Shown here: one piece after another, positions 28,059 to 38,026 of the stretch
Layout: the number at the start of each line of letters is the position of its first letter
Position numbering within the stretch: the stretch's first letter is position 1
Assembly: GCA_016183325.1 (NCBI GenBank)
Contig: JACPEV010000013.1
Span: 4,837 to 68,836, forward strand
Direction: 5' to 3'
Source of the DNA: Candidatus Curtissbacteria bacterium
Lineage (GTDB): Bacteria; Patescibacteriota; Microgenomatia; Curtissbacterales; GWA2-41-24
Length of the DNA: 64,000 nucleotides
Notes under the pieces: generated by a model
The model's database searches: none
What the model was told of the DNA's origin: nothing
The model's input: only the letters and a program-made list of their open reading frames with translations
Made by a program: the position numbers and the translations under genes

Positions 28059-28392
28059 GATGAAAGATAGGAATAGAAATTTAGTAGCGACTATTTCTTA
28101 TTTTGCTTTTTTTATTACTGGCATTGTTGTTTTTTTGGCCGAGAAAGATGACAAATTTATTCGTTTCCACGCTCTGCAATCTATTATGGTTTTTGGAGGA
28201 TTGTTTGGTATAAGTGTGGTTTTAGGACTTTTGTTTGGACCATTTAGTTTTTTGGGAATAATCTCGAGTTTAATTAATAATGTGATTTGGATTGCCTGGC
28301 TGATTATTTGGTTGGTTTCTATGGTGAAGGCATATCGGGGCCAAATATTTAAGTGGCCGATAGCCGGTGAACTCGCCGAAAAATATGCTTAA
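28051..28392 (+). CDS. small integral membrane protein
   Basis: 113 aa with three predicted TM helices. Confidence 0.4.
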   Translation: MHKMKDRNRNLVATISYFAFFITGIVVFLAEKDDKFIRFHALQSIMVFGGLFGISVVLGLLFGPFSFLGIISSLINNVIWIAWLIIWLVSMVKAYRGQIFKWPIAGELAEKYA

Positions 28393-29021
28393 TGATTTTT
28401 GAAAATCGGTCTCAGGCTGGAGAATTATTAGCTCGCGAGCTCTCCAAAATTAAAATTGATGCCCACAATACGATAATTGCGGCCATTCCCCGCGGCGGGG
28501 TCGTAGTCGCTTCGGTCATTGCCAAAGCCTTGAATTTACCGTTGTCTTGCCTTGTTATCAAAAAATTGGGAGCGCCAGGCAACCCGGAGTTGGCCATCGG
28601 AGCGACGGCTTCTTTTGGCAAACCGGTTTTGGATCAGTGGTTTATTGCTGACTTGAAAGTTCCTAAGGAATATTTAAAAGCGGAGATTCTAAAAAAGAGA
28701 AAAGAAGCGCAAGGTCGGGGAAAATTTTTAAGAATAAACGTCAGTGATTTTATAAATCGGGATGTTATTGTGGTTGATGACGGACTAGCGACTGGACAAA
28801 CTGCCAAAGCCGCGGCGAAGATTCTTAAAAAGCTTGGAGCAAAAAAGTTAATTTTGGCGGTGCCGTGCGCTTCGCCTGCGACAATTGATTTGGTAAAGGG
28901 TGATTATGATGAGGTTATTTGTCTAGAGGTGAATCCAAGTTTAGTTGCCGTGGGGCAATTCTATCGTGATTTTCGAGAAGTTTCCGATGAGGAAGTGAAG
29001 AGGCTTCTTATTAACAATTGA
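28392..29021 (+). CDS. phosphoribosyltransferase-domain protein
   Basis: PRPP-binding motif VIVVDDGLATGQTAKAA. Confidence 0.7.
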   Translation: MIFENRSQAGELLARELSKIKIDAHNTIIAAIPRGGVVVASVIAKALNLPLSCLVIKKLGAPGNPELAIGATASFGKPVLDQWFIADLKVPKEYLKAEILKKRKEAQGRGKFLRINVSDFINRDVIVVDDGLATGQTAKAAAKILKKLGAKKLILAVPCASPATIDLVKGDYDEVICLEVNPSLVAVGQFYRDFREVSDEEVKRLLINN

Positions 29022-29054
29022 CAATTGACCATTAACAATTGACAATTTACAGCA

Positions 29055-29633
29055 ATGAAGTTAATTGCAGGGTTGGGTAATCCCGGAGAAAAATTCAAAA
29101 ACAATCGGCATAATGTTGGGTTTAAGGTGGTTGATGATTTTTCGCGAAGTAATGGTCTTTCATGGCGATATAGTCAGGATTTGATGTGCTATTGGATTAA
29201 GACTGTCCAATATGTTCTGATTAAACCGGTGACCTATATGAACAAGGCAGGCCAATCTATTAAATCCGTATGTGATTTTTACAAAATTGAGCCCAAGGAT
29301 GTTTTAGTGATTGCTGACGATTTGGATTTGCCGCTTGGGAAAATAAGAATGACTTTTAACGGTTCAGCAGGAGGGCATCATGGGATCGAATCGACGGTTG
29401 AAAGTCTCTCGACAATGGATTTTGCAAGACTTAGGATAGGCATAGGCCCGCTTGGACCAATCGGAGAGTCAGGTCCGCCAATGTCGAAAGAGCAAAAAGT
29501 GATCGAGCACGTGTTATCTGATTTTTCTGATAGCGAAAAAGAAAAGCTTGGAGACATTATAAGCCGAGCGATAGAAGCGGTACAGTCTTACGTGGATGAC
29601 GGCGTAGAAGCGACTATGAACAGATATAATTAA
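29055..29633 (+). CDS. pth: peptidyl-tRNA hydrolase
   Basis: MKLIAGLGNPGEKFKNNRHNVGF is the canonical Pth N-terminus, with the catalytic His in context. Confidence 0.9.
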   Translation: MKLIAGLGNPGEKFKNNRHNVGFKVVDDFSRSNGLSWRYSQDLMCYWIKTVQYVLIKPVTYMNKAGQSIKSVCDFYKIEPKDVLVIADDLDLPLGKIRMTFNGSAGGHHGIESTVESLSTMDFARLRIGIGPLGPIGESGPPMSKEQKVIEHVLSDFSDSEKEKLGDIISRAIEAVQSYVDDGVEATMNRYN

Positions 29634-29694
29634 CAGTTGACAGCTGACATTTGATAATTGACAAATTTAGAGCAAGTTAAATGTCAATGGTTAA

Positions 29695-30399
29695 TTGTCA
29701 ATTGTTATAACTATGCCTTCGGCTGCTGAACTGATAAATTTTGCGGAACAACTAATTATTCGCTGGGGAATTTGGTTAATACCGATCGGGGCATTTTTGG
29801 AAAATTCGATAATTTTGGGATTTATTTTTCCTGGAGTGACTGTGATTTTTTTGTCGGGATTTGTAGCCAGAACAAGCGGCGAAAATCTATTTTTAATAAT
29901 TTTACTGGCGACTTTAGGGTCATTTTTGGGTGACAATTTTGATTATTTAATCGGTAAGCGAGCAGGCAAGGTTCTAGAGGAAAAGCCACTTTTTGCCAAA
30001 CCAGTATCTTTAGTAGAGCCTTTTTTGCTAAAACACGGGATCTGGGCAGTTTTCGCCGGCCGTTTTTCTGCTTGGAGCCGAGCTTGGATAGCGCTGGCCT
30101 GCGGGATTATTCGGTTTAAGTACTGGAAATTTGCGCTAGTTTCGGCAGCGTCGGCGCTGATTTGGACTTCTGCCTGGATTATCGGTGGCTATTTAATGGC
30201 TGGTAATCGCAAGCTGATTGAGGAGTGGTTTGACCGAGCATCGGATTTAGTTATCCTGGGCCTTTTGGTCCTTATTATTTACTATTTCAGGACAAGATTG
30301 AAGCTGATTTTTGATTTGGTAGTTTATTTTATCCACAAAACAGGAAAGCGGGTAGTCGGAAAGGTGACAGGTAATGACCAGGACCGAGGGCAAGTTTAG
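29695..30399 (+). CDS. DedA-family membrane protein
   Basis: LIGKRAGKVLEEKP...GIWAVFAGRF is a DedA/SNARE-associated signature, with multiple TM helices. Confidence 0.65.
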   Translation: MSIVITMPSAAELINFAEQLIIRWGIWLIPIGAFLENSIILGFIFPGVTVIFLSGFVARTSGENLFLIILLATLGSFLGDNFDYLIGKRAGKVLEEKPLFAKPVSLVEPFLLKHGIWAVFAGRFSAWSRAWIALACGIIRFKYWKFALVSAASALIWTSAWIIGGYLMAGNRKLIEEWFDRASDLVILGLLVLIIYYFRTRLKLIFDLVVYFIHKTGKRVVGKVTGNDQDRGQV

Positions 30400-30850
30400 C
30401 GATCTGGTATATCAATTAGTCAGTCAGATCCCAAAAGGCAAAGTAGCAACGTATGGTGAGATAGTGGCAGAATTGCGCCAACAGGAACACCTCCGAGGTG
30501 TAGGCTCTTTCCACCTCGGAGGTGGAGGAGCTAGAGCGGTAGGCAATGCATTGCATCGCAATCGGGATCCGAAAGTTCCATGTCATAGAGTAGTGGATCG
30601 CAATGGACGGTTGGCGACGCATTTTGCGTTCGATGGGGCTGGTGAACAAAAAAGACGTTTAGTTGCGGAAGGCGTTAAATTCAAAGATAATATGCATGTA
30701 GATTTGGGGGAATGTTTATGGGACGAGAGAGAAACAGATATCTTCATCACAGACCTATTCATTCTCGAGAGAGGTCACATAATCGTAAATATACAATTGA
30801 ATTTTTGGCTGGGGCAATTTATTCCCTTAAAGAGTCTGACAATCCAATAA
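30374..30850 (+). CDS. methylated-DNA-protein-cysteine methyltransferase DNA-binding-domain protein (MGMT/ATL-like)
   Basis: Active-site context VPCHRVV (PCHR). An in-frame palindrome insert (family C) encodes GVGSFHLGGG. The C-terminal end is uncertain. Confidence 0.55.
   Translation: MTRTEGKFSDLVYQLVSQIPKGKVATYGEIVAELRQQEHLRGVGSFHLGGGGARAVGNALHRNRDPKVPCHRVVDRNGRLATHFAFDGAGEQKRRLVAEGVKFKDNMHVDLGECLWDERETDIFITDLFILERGHIIVNIQLNFWLGQFIPLKSLTIQ
30488..30525 (+). repeat. palindromic element family C (cacctccgaggtg...cacctcggaggtgg), in-frame in the MGMT-like gene
   Basis: Perfect 14-nt inverted arms. A related copy lies at 13906-13966. Confidence 0.7.
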
Positions 30851-30952
30851 ATCCTCAATATTTAATTACTAATCATCACAACTTGTATGAAAACATTCGT
30901 AATTATCCTGGAGGATGGCGTAAAGTCGTAACTGAGGCTGGATTCGACCCTG

Positions 30953-31264
30953 ATGAAGAAAATGCAGCTGGAATTAAAAAGAGACGGCAAGAAAATGGTT
31001 CAGGTTAAAGTTAGAATATATGGTTCAGTTCAAGGGGTTTTCTTTCGGCATTCGGCGAGAAAAGAAGCGGAGAGATTGGGATTGACCGGTTGGGTGAGGA
31101 ACAGTGACGACGGATCGGTGGAGGCAATAGCAGAGGGTTCCAAAGATAAGTTGGAGGAGTTTGTGGCTTGGTGTAAAAAAGGCCCGACGGCGGCAGAGGT
31201 GGAGAAGGTCCAAGTAGAGTGGAATGAAGCAGACGAAAATTTGGAAAGATTTGAAATTGTGTGA
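30953..31264 (+). CDS. acylphosphatase
   Basis: VKVRIYGSVQGVFFRHSARKEAERLGLTGWVRNSDDGSVE matches the acylphosphatase signatures. The start may be the internal Met at 30995. Confidence 0.75.
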   Translation: MKKMQLELKRDGKKMVQVKVRIYGSVQGVFFRHSARKEAERLGLTGWVRNSDDGSVEAIAEGSKDKLEEFVAWCKKGPTAAEVEKVQVEWNEADENLERFEIV

Positions 31265-31288
31265 TAGTGGTGACACAATGAATTTAGA

Positions 31289-33391
31289 GTGGAGCTCATT
31301 GCATTTCTTTTCTTCATAACAGCCCCAGTTTTTTACTTAGTTGGTCTTATCGAAACATTCAGAGCAATATTTAAGCCGAAGTCTAAACAAGAAGAAGAGA
31401 CACAACCGCTGAAATCATATAGTGAAAATTTACTTCTTGAGGAACTTTCGGAGGCGGTTGAGGCAAACGACCTGGAGAAGGCGAAGAGGATATTAAAAGT
31501 ATCAGAATATAAAGCCCAAAAAGTATCTTCAGTTGGAGCTTTGAAGTTTGAGGGTACGAAGACATGGTTTGAAAATTGGTATTCAGACAACAGCATCGAT
31601 TTATTATTATATCTCGGCGCCTTTTTAATCATTGCTTCAGCCGGGACTTTTGTCGGGTTTAATTGGCAGAGTTTTTCGTCAGAAATAAAAGCACTTTTAT
31701 TGGGAATTTTGACGGCAGCTTTCTTTTTGGCCGGTTTTTATCTTTATTTTGCAACCAAGAAGGTAAAAAGAGCCGGTTTAACTTTTATAGCAATTGGGAG
31801 TCTACTTATTCCTTTTAATGGATGGGCCTGGTATAACTTTGTTTTAAAACCGGAGATTGGTGCGGATGTAGTCTGGTTTTTTACTTCATTGGTGGGTGTA
31901 GTCATTTGGGCATTATTAGCAATTTTAATTAAAAGAAAATTTTTTCTTTATCTTGCGGGAGCCGGTGTTCTTTCAACTTCTGAGTCTTTGGTGTCAATAT
32001 CCAACCTGAGTTTTGAATATTACACGACAGCGGCGGTTTTTTCAGGTTTTGTGTTTATCTTGGCAAAAATGATGACTAGAGCGGAGAAAATGATAGAGGA
32101 TGCAGGCGAGACTTTTAGTTATTTAGCTTACGTTTCAATACCTGTAGCAATAATAGCTTCAACGTGGGCCTTTGCTTGGGTAGGGCGTGGGAGTTTTTTT
32201 ACGGGTATGATGACGATTAACTTATTTTTGATCGCTCTTTTTTTCAGAATTGCCCACTTTTTAGATTCTTCAGAAAATAAGCCAATTTTTATGATCGTAT
32301 CTCAAGTTTTTGGAACGCTAGGCGTTTATTCCTTTGTACAGGCCGCAAAAATTGAGCTTGTCTGGTCTCTTTATATTTTTGCGGGACTTTCTATTTTGTA
32401 CTGGGGCCTGGCAGTTTTGTTTAGAAAAGTTGGCTTTAAGACTGAGTCAGAAGGATCGGCTACTCTAAGTTTAATTATTGCTTTTGGCGTTTACTTAGTT
32501 GGATTGAGTTCATCTTCGGTTGAGAATTTACATTTAGTTTTTTTTGGCACATTGATAGTTCTTTTGTTCTGGAATGTATTTTATTGGTTTAAGCTAAATG
32601 GGGTTTTATATTTAAAAAATGCTTCTTGGTATTTTGTTTTGTGGCCACTGGTGAAGGAGATAAATGCATCAGTTGATGTATATCCTTACTATTTTGTAGG
32701 CTTGGCGGCAGTGATTTATTTAGTATCTTTTGCTTTTCCGAAAAGAGACGAAATTGCTACAGCTTATCGATATAGCGGACTCGTTGCTGCGCTATTATGG
32801 GTAATAATTTTTGGTATTTATAGTATTAGTTCTGTCAAATACAATATTTTGGAATTAAACGCTCTAATTACCAGTTATTTCACAGGTCTTTTATTTGCAC
32901 TGGAGGCCTCTCGCTCAAGAAGGTTTGACATAGGAATTGTAGCATCGGTTATTTTCTTGGGAACATTGCTTTGGAATTTTAAATACATTGAGCTTGAGAA
33001 TGTGCAGTTTTATTCTTTACCTCTCGCTATTTATCTTTTCGGTTTAGGATTTTTAGCGAGGCAAAAAGAAAAAGACTATAGCGATATTGTCGATTTGGCG
33101 GCAGGAGCGATTTTGATTTTACCAACATTTGTGCAGGCTGCCGGTGAAACCAACGGTTATTGGTATGCGCTTTTATTGGGGGCCGAAGGTGTATTAATTT
33201 TGGTGTTGGCTATCAGCTGGAATAAAGTGATTTATAAATATTTGGGAATAGCAGCTTTGGTTCTGGCAGTTATCAGTCAAACTTATGAATATCTGACGTC
33301 TTTGCCAAGATGGGTAATTATAGGAGGTGTAGGATTGGTTTTTTTAGCGGCAGCAATTTATCTTTTAGCTTCAAGGAAAGAAGACAAATGA
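31289..33391 (+). CDS. large polytopic membrane protein of unknown function
   Basis: 700 aa with more than 15 predicted TM helices. No catalytic motif recognised. Confidence 0.5.
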   Translation: MELIAFLFFITAPVFYLVGLIETFRAIFKPKSKQEEETQPLKSYSENLLLEELSEAVEANDLEKAKRILKVSEYKAQKVSSVGALKFEGTKTWFENWYSDNSIDLLLYLGAFLIIASAGTFVGFNWQSFSSEIKALLLGILTAAFFLAGFYLYFATKKVKRAGLTFIAIGSLLIPFNGWAWYNFVLKPEIGADVVWFFTSLVGVVIWALLAILIKRKFFLYLAGAGVLSTSESLVSISNLSFEYYTTAAVFSGFVFILAKMMTRAEKMIEDAGETFSYLAYVSIPVAIIASTWAFAWVGRGSFFTGMMTINLFLIALFFRIAHFLDSSENKPIFMIVSQVFGTLGVYSFVQAAKIELVWSLYIFAGLSILYWGLAVLFRKVGFKTESEGSATLSLIIAFGVYLVGLSSSSVENLHLVFFGTLIVLLFWNVFYWFKLNGVLYLKNASWYFVLWPLVKEINASVDVYPYYFVGLAAVIYLVSFAFPKRDEIATAYRYSGLVAALLWVIIFGIYSISSVKYNILELNALITSYFTGLLFALEASRSRRFDIGIVASVIFLGTLLWNFKYIELENVQFYSLPLAIYLFGLGFLARQKEKDYSDIVDLAAGAILILPTFVQAAGETNGYWYALLLGAEGVLILVLAISWNKVIYKYLGIAALVLAVISQTYEYLTSLPRWVIIGGVGLVFLAAAIYLLASRKEDK

Positions 33392-33559
33392 GCCACCGAT
33401 GGATTTACTTCTTTGAGATTCTTGATTAGATTTCGTATTTTCTACACCAAATTTGACCGATCGGACAAAAATGGTATAACTTCAGGAATTTAGCTTTGTT
33501 GTCGATAAGGTTCCTGATATAATTTATCCCGATGAAAAGGGAATTAGTAATCATCAAAC

Positions 33560-34849
33560 TTGGTGGAAGCGCTAATTTCGTCTCCTCTGATACGTGTGGT
33601 AGACTATCTCCGCTTAATGAAAACTTCTACAAGTATAGCCGTTTTGGGTTCTACGGGTTCGATTGGGACGCAAACTCTTGAGGTTGTTGATGAGTTGAAA
33701 GATCAACTTAAGGTTGTGGGACTTGCTGCAGGAGGAAACCTTGGGCTCCTGGCAAAACAGATTAAAAAGTATCGGCCAAAGATTGTCTCGATTAAAGAGG
33801 AAAATGAAAGTTTTAGAAGAATGTTCTCGACACATTCGATAAACTCAGTGTCGACCCTGAGTAAAATCGAAGGGTCGACAAGCTCGAACAGTAAAGGAAG
33901 GAGTACTGTTGTTGGATGGGGGGACGAGGGTAATTGCGAGGTGGCTACTATACCCGGTGTTGATAAAGTTGTTATTGCCACCCCCGGTCTTGCGGGCATA
34001 AAGCCAACACTTGCTGCAATTCGTGCCAGAAAGACGATTGCACTGGCCACGAAAGAAGTTTTGGTTGCGGCAGGAGAAATTGTGACGCGCGAGGCCGCGA
34101 AAAATAAAGTCAAAATTTTGCCTATTGATTCGGAACATTCGGCTATATTCCAGTGTCTTCAGGGAAGGGGCGTCGAAGAGGTTAAAAGAGTTATTTTGAC
34201 AGCATCAGGAGGGCCATTCAGGGGTAAAAAATCTAAAGATTTGAAGAACGTTCGGCCAGAGCAGGCCTTGAAGCATCCGAATTGGAAAATGGGTGCCAAG
34301 ATTACTATCGATAGTGCCACGTTGATGAATAAAGGGTTTGAAGTAATTGAGGCGATGTGGTTATTCGGGGTGCCTTTTGAAAAAATTAAAGTTATTGTTC
34401 ATCCCCAGAGTATTATTCATTCGGCAGTTGAGTTTGTTGACGGCTCGATAATTGCCCAAATTGGGCCTTCTGATATGCGACTTCCAATTCAATATGCACT
34501 TTTATATCCAGGAAAACGTCAGAAAAATAGATTCAGAAGATTCACATTCGGCGATTATTCAAATTTGTCATTTGAGGAACCAGATCTTATCACGTTTAGA
34601 TGTTTAGATTTAGCCTACAGGGCAATTAAAGCTGGAAAGACTGCACCTGCGGTTTTAACGGCTGCAAATGATGTGGCAGTTGAAGCGTTCTTAACTGAAA
34701 GATTGCCGTTTTGGCGTATTTGCGATGTCGTTGAGTCGATACTTTCAGCTCACGAACCGCGAAAATACTCATCTTTATCTGAACTTCTTGCGGTAGACCT
34801 GTGGGCGAGAGATAAAGCAGGGGAGTTTGTAGTAAAATTTGGCAGATGA
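33560..34849 (+). CDS. dxr: 1-deoxy-D-xylulose 5-phosphate reductoisomerase
   Basis: IAVLGSTGSIGTQTLEVV is the NADPH-binding motif, with conserved Dxr blocks such as LPIDSEHSAIFQCL. Probable start is MKTST at about 33620. An insertion of about 40 aa follows the first beta-alpha-beta. Confidence 0.9.
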   Translation: MVEALISSPLIRVVDYLRLMKTSTSIAVLGSTGSIGTQTLEVVDELKDQLKVVGLAAGGNLGLLAKQIKKYRPKIVSIKEENESFRRMFSTHSINSVSTLSKIEGSTSSNSKGRSTVVGWGDEGNCEVATIPGVDKVVIATPGLAGIKPTLAAIRARKTIALATKEVLVAAGEIVTREAAKNKVKILPIDSEHSAIFQCLQGRGVEEVKRVILTASGGPFRGKKSKDLKNVRPEQALKHPNWKMGAKITIDSATLMNKGFEVIEAMWLFGVPFEKIKVIVHPQSIIHSAVEFVDGSIIAQIGPSDMRLPIQYALLYPGKRQKNRFRRFTFGDYSNLSFEEPDLITFRCLDLAYRAIKAGKTAPAVLTAANDVAVEAFLTERLPFWRICDVVESILSAHEPRKYSSLSELLAVDLWARDKAGEFVVKFGR

Positions 34850-35550
34850 ATTGGTTGATTGTTGTCGCGGGAGGCCGCGGAGAGCGGATGGACTTGGGAT
34901 TTAATAAAGTTTTTGCAAAGCTTGGCAATTTGCCGCTTCTTTACTGGACACTTTTGGCATTTGAAAAAAGCAAAGTAATAGATAATATTATTGTTTCGGC
35001 AAGCGAGGATGATTTGAAAAAAATTAAGGAGATTGTCAAAAAGTACAAGTTTGGCAAGGTAAAAGAGGTTGTTAAGGCAAGCGATTCGAGACAAAATTCG
35101 ACCTTGGCTATTTTGAAAGCATTGAAGCCTAGAATGAGGCGAGGCGATTTAGTAGGTGTGCATAATGGGGTAAACCCTTTTGTACGGGAGGATGAAATTC
35201 GCAAAGTCTACGAAAACGCGAGTGTTTACGGAGCTGCACTTTTGGCACAAGCGGCAAAAGACACAATTAAAATTGTCGATAAGAGGGGACTGGTTGCAAA
35301 AACTCCTCCCAGACAATATTCGTGGTATGCTCAGACTCCACAAGTGGCAACTTTTGCCAACTTATGGAAAGCATATCTTGCGGCTGAGGCAGAGAATTTC
35401 ATTGGCACCGATGATGCACAACTTTTGGAAAGAATCGGTATCAAACCAAAGATTGTTCCTTGTTCAAACCAGAATTTTAAGATTACTTTTAAGGAAGATT
35501 TAGTGATGGCTCGTCATGTGCTGCAGAATTGGGGATATAATGGTGATTAG
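34846..35550 (+). CDS. ispD: 2-C-methyl-D-erythritol 4-phosphate cytidylyltransferase
   Basis: LIVVAGGRGERM is the IspD glycine-rich loop. Overlaps the dxr stop. Confidence 0.85.
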   Translation: MNWLIVVAGGRGERMDLGFNKVFAKLGNLPLLYWTLLAFEKSKVIDNIIVSASEDDLKKIKEIVKKYKFGKVKEVVKASDSRQNSTLAILKALKPRMRRGDLVGVHNGVNPFVREDEIRKVYENASVYGAALLAQAAKDTIKIVDKRGLVAKTPPRQYSWYAQTPQVATFANLWKAYLAAEAENFIGTDDAQLLERIGIKPKIVPCSNQNFKITFKEDLVMARHVLQNWGYNGD

Positions 35551-35568
35551 GGTGATAAGGGATATTTT

Positions 35569-36057
35569 ATGAGAATAGGAATTGGTCAGGATTCTCACAG
35601 GTTTGCAAATCAGCCAACTGACGGGAAAAACTTTTTGGTTCTTGGAGGGGTCAAGATAGACAACAACACTGGACTTGAGGGTAATTCTGATGGCGATGTA
35701 ATTTTACATAGCCTTTGTAATGCACTATCATCTGCGATTGGCGGGGATTCGCTCTCAACTTGGTTTGATGAGATGGTCGAGAAGGGAGTAACAGATAGCC
35801 AAAAAGCGGTTGAGCATATTTTCAAAAAGATCAGACAGGAGAAATATAGAGTTGAGAATGTGTCGATTTCGGTTGAGGCGAAAAAGCCTTATATTGAACT
35901 TAAAATTGCAAATAAGATGAAGGAAAATATTGCCAAACTTTTAGGAATCAAAAAAAACCAAGTAGGAATAACTTTTACTTCAGGCGAAGGACTGACTCCT
36001 TTTGGAAAAGGATTGGGGATTCAGTCGATTTCTCAAGTTCTGATTTCCAAAAAATGA
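35569..36057 (+). CDS. ispF: 2-C-methyl-D-erythritol 2,4-cyclodiphosphate synthase
   Basis: MRIGIGQDSHRF and SDGDVILHSLCNAL are IspF zinc and substrate motifs. Confidence 0.9.
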   Translation: MRIGIGQDSHRFANQPTDGKNFLVLGGVKIDNNTGLEGNSDGDVILHSLCNALSSAIGGDSLSTWFDEMVEKGVTDSQKAVEHIFKKIRQEKYRVENVSISVEAKKPYIELKIANKMKENIAKLLGIKKNQVGITFTSGEGLTPFGKGLGIQSISQVLISKK

Positions 36058-36923
36058 TTAAGGAAGATGCTTTTGCAAAATTTAATTTAAATTTGCATAT
36101 TATTCCAAAAGAATCCAAATCTGGCTTTTATCCTACAAAATTCTTAAATTGTCAGCTTGCTTTAAAAGACGAAATTTTTTTTGAGAGTCGAAAGCAAAGT
36201 ATTGAGGTCTTTTGTGAGAACAAAAATGTGCCTAAAGGAAAAAATAACCTTGTTGAGAGAGCAGCATTGTTACTTAAGAAAATATCGTCTGGTAAAAATT
36301 TGGGCGCAAAAATAATACTTGTGAAGAAGATTCCCATCAAAGCCGGTTTTGGTGGAGGATCAAGCGATGCGGCTGCGACAATAAGAGGGCTTCAGAAACT
36401 TTGGAAAATAGAGATTAGTGGAAGCCAGCTAGAAGAATTGACAAAAGAGCTGGGGCAGGATTTTTTCTATTCTTATTTTGGTGCGCTTTCTCAATTCGAA
36501 GGGGAAGATAATCGATATAGAACAATCCCTTTTGCCTATAAATTACCGGAAATCGAAATGCTGATTGTGGAACCAAAAGCTCAAAAACCCTCTAGTGCTT
36601 GGATGTATAATCACTTGATAACCAAAAATATTGGTAGAAACTTGCGAAAACTTGAGCTTTTAAAGGGGGCAATTGCCGAAAATAACTGTGAGGCAATTTT
36701 GGATAACCTTCATAACGACTTTGAGGGGTCAGTTATGTCATTTTATCCTGTTGTTAAAGAAATCAAAGACGATTTAAAAAATGTAGGTGCACGAAGAGCA
36801 ATTCTTGCTGGAGCAGGGCTTGCGGTGGTGGGGTTTTTTAACAGCAAAGAGGCTGTCAAAAGGGCAAGTGATAGCTTAAGAAAAAGATATAAACAGGTTA
36901 TAATTACAAAACCAAAAAACTGA
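36054..36923 (+). CDS. ispE: 4-diphosphocytidyl-2-C-methyl-D-erythritol kinase
   Basis: AKFNLNLHI and the GHMP kinase motif PIKAGFGGGSSDAAA. Confidence 0.8.
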   Translation: MIKEDAFAKFNLNLHIIPKESKSGFYPTKFLNCQLALKDEIFFESRKQSIEVFCENKNVPKGKNNLVERAALLLKKISSGKNLGAKIILVKKIPIKAGFGGGSSDAAATIRGLQKLWKIEISGSQLEELTKELGQDFFYSYFGALSQFEGEDNRYRTIPFAYKLPEIEMLIVEPKAQKPSSAWMYNHLITKNIGRNLRKLELLKGAIAENNCEAILDNLHNDFEGSVMSFYPVVKEIKDDLKNVGARRAILAGAGLAVVGFFNSKEAVKRASDSLRKRYKQVIITKPKN

Positions 36924-38026
36924 TGTATAAGCGCGAACAAACTCGTCCGGTAAAAATAGGCAAGGTTACCATTGGGGGAGGCAATCTTGTTCGAGTTCAG
37001 TCAATGACGCAAACCCGAACGCATGACGTAGATGCAACCGTCAAGCAGATTCATGAGCTTGAGGAGGCAGGTTGTGAAATTATTAGGGTAACAGTTCCGG
37101 ATATGGAATCGGCAAAGGCCATAAAATCCATTAAAAAACAAATCAGAATTCCCTTGGTTGCCGATATCCATTTTCAGTATTTGCTGGCGATTGAGGCTGC
37201 TAAACAGGGTGTAGATAAAGTGCGAATTAATCCGGGCAACATTGGAGGAGTTGATCGAGTCAAAGAAGTCGTAAAGGTTTGCCGAGCGAAAAATATTCCG
37301 ATGCGAATTGGTGTCAATATGGGTTCTTTGGAGCGGGATTTATATGCCAAGTATGGGGGTTTTGGTGTGCCCAGAGTAATGGTCGAGTCGGCAACGCGTC
37401 ACATTAAAATTCTGGAAAGCCTCAAATTCTACAATATTGTGGTTTCCCTTAAGGGTGATAATCCGGTTATAGCCCGAGAGGCCTATATACTTTTTGCCAA
37501 ACGCTATAATTATCCACTGCATGTCGGGATTACTGAAGCCGGGACATTGTGGGCAGGTTCAATTAAATCTGCGGTGGGTATTGGTTCAATCCTTGCTGAG
37601 GGTATCGGAGATACAATTAGGGTCTCGATTGCCGATGATCCGAGAGAGCAGGTAAAAGTCGGATGGGAGATTCTTAAGTCAGCGGGTTTGAGACAGAAAG
37701 GTGTTGAAGTCATTGCGTGCCCAACCTGCGGGCGTACAGAAATTAATCTTATTGAATTGGCGAAAAAGGTCGAGGCGGTTGTTTCGCCTCTTGATGCTCC
37801 TATCAAAGTAGCAGTTATGGGATGTGTTGTTAACGGGCCCGGGGAAGCAAGTTTTGCCGATATTGGTGTTTGCGGAGGAAAGGGCCAGGGGGCAATATTT
37901 AAAAAAGGAAAACTGGTTAAAACTCTTAAGGAAGAAGATTTGTTGCCAGAATTTATTGACGAGATCAAAAAAGTTCTTGTCGAGAAGGGGTATAGAGGAG
38001 AAATCAAAAAACTTCAGTATGGTTAA
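36923..38026 (+). CDS. ispG: 4-hydroxy-3-methylbut-2-en-1-yl diphosphate synthase (GcpE)
   Basis: TIM-barrel block VTVPDMESAKAIKSIKKQIRIPLVADIHF, and the cluster Cys CPTCGRTEI...GCVVNGPGE. Confidence 0.9.
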   Translation: MYKREQTRPVKIGKVTIGGGNLVRVQSMTQTRTHDVDATVKQIHELEEAGCEIIRVTVPDMESAKAIKSIKKQIRIPLVADIHFQYLLAIEAAKQGVDKVRINPGNIGGVDRVKEVVKVCRAKNIPMRIGVNMGSLERDLYAKYGGFGVPRVMVESATRHIKILESLKFYNIVVSLKGDNPVIAREAYILFAKRYNYPLHVGITEAGTLWAGSIKSAVGIGSILAEGIGDTIRVSIADDPREQVKVGWEILKSAGLRQKGVEVIACPTCGRTEINLIELAKKVEAVVSPLDAPIKVAVMGCVVNGPGEASFADIGVCGGKGQGAIFKKGKLVKTLKEEDLLPEFIDEIKKVLVEKGYRGEIKKLQYG

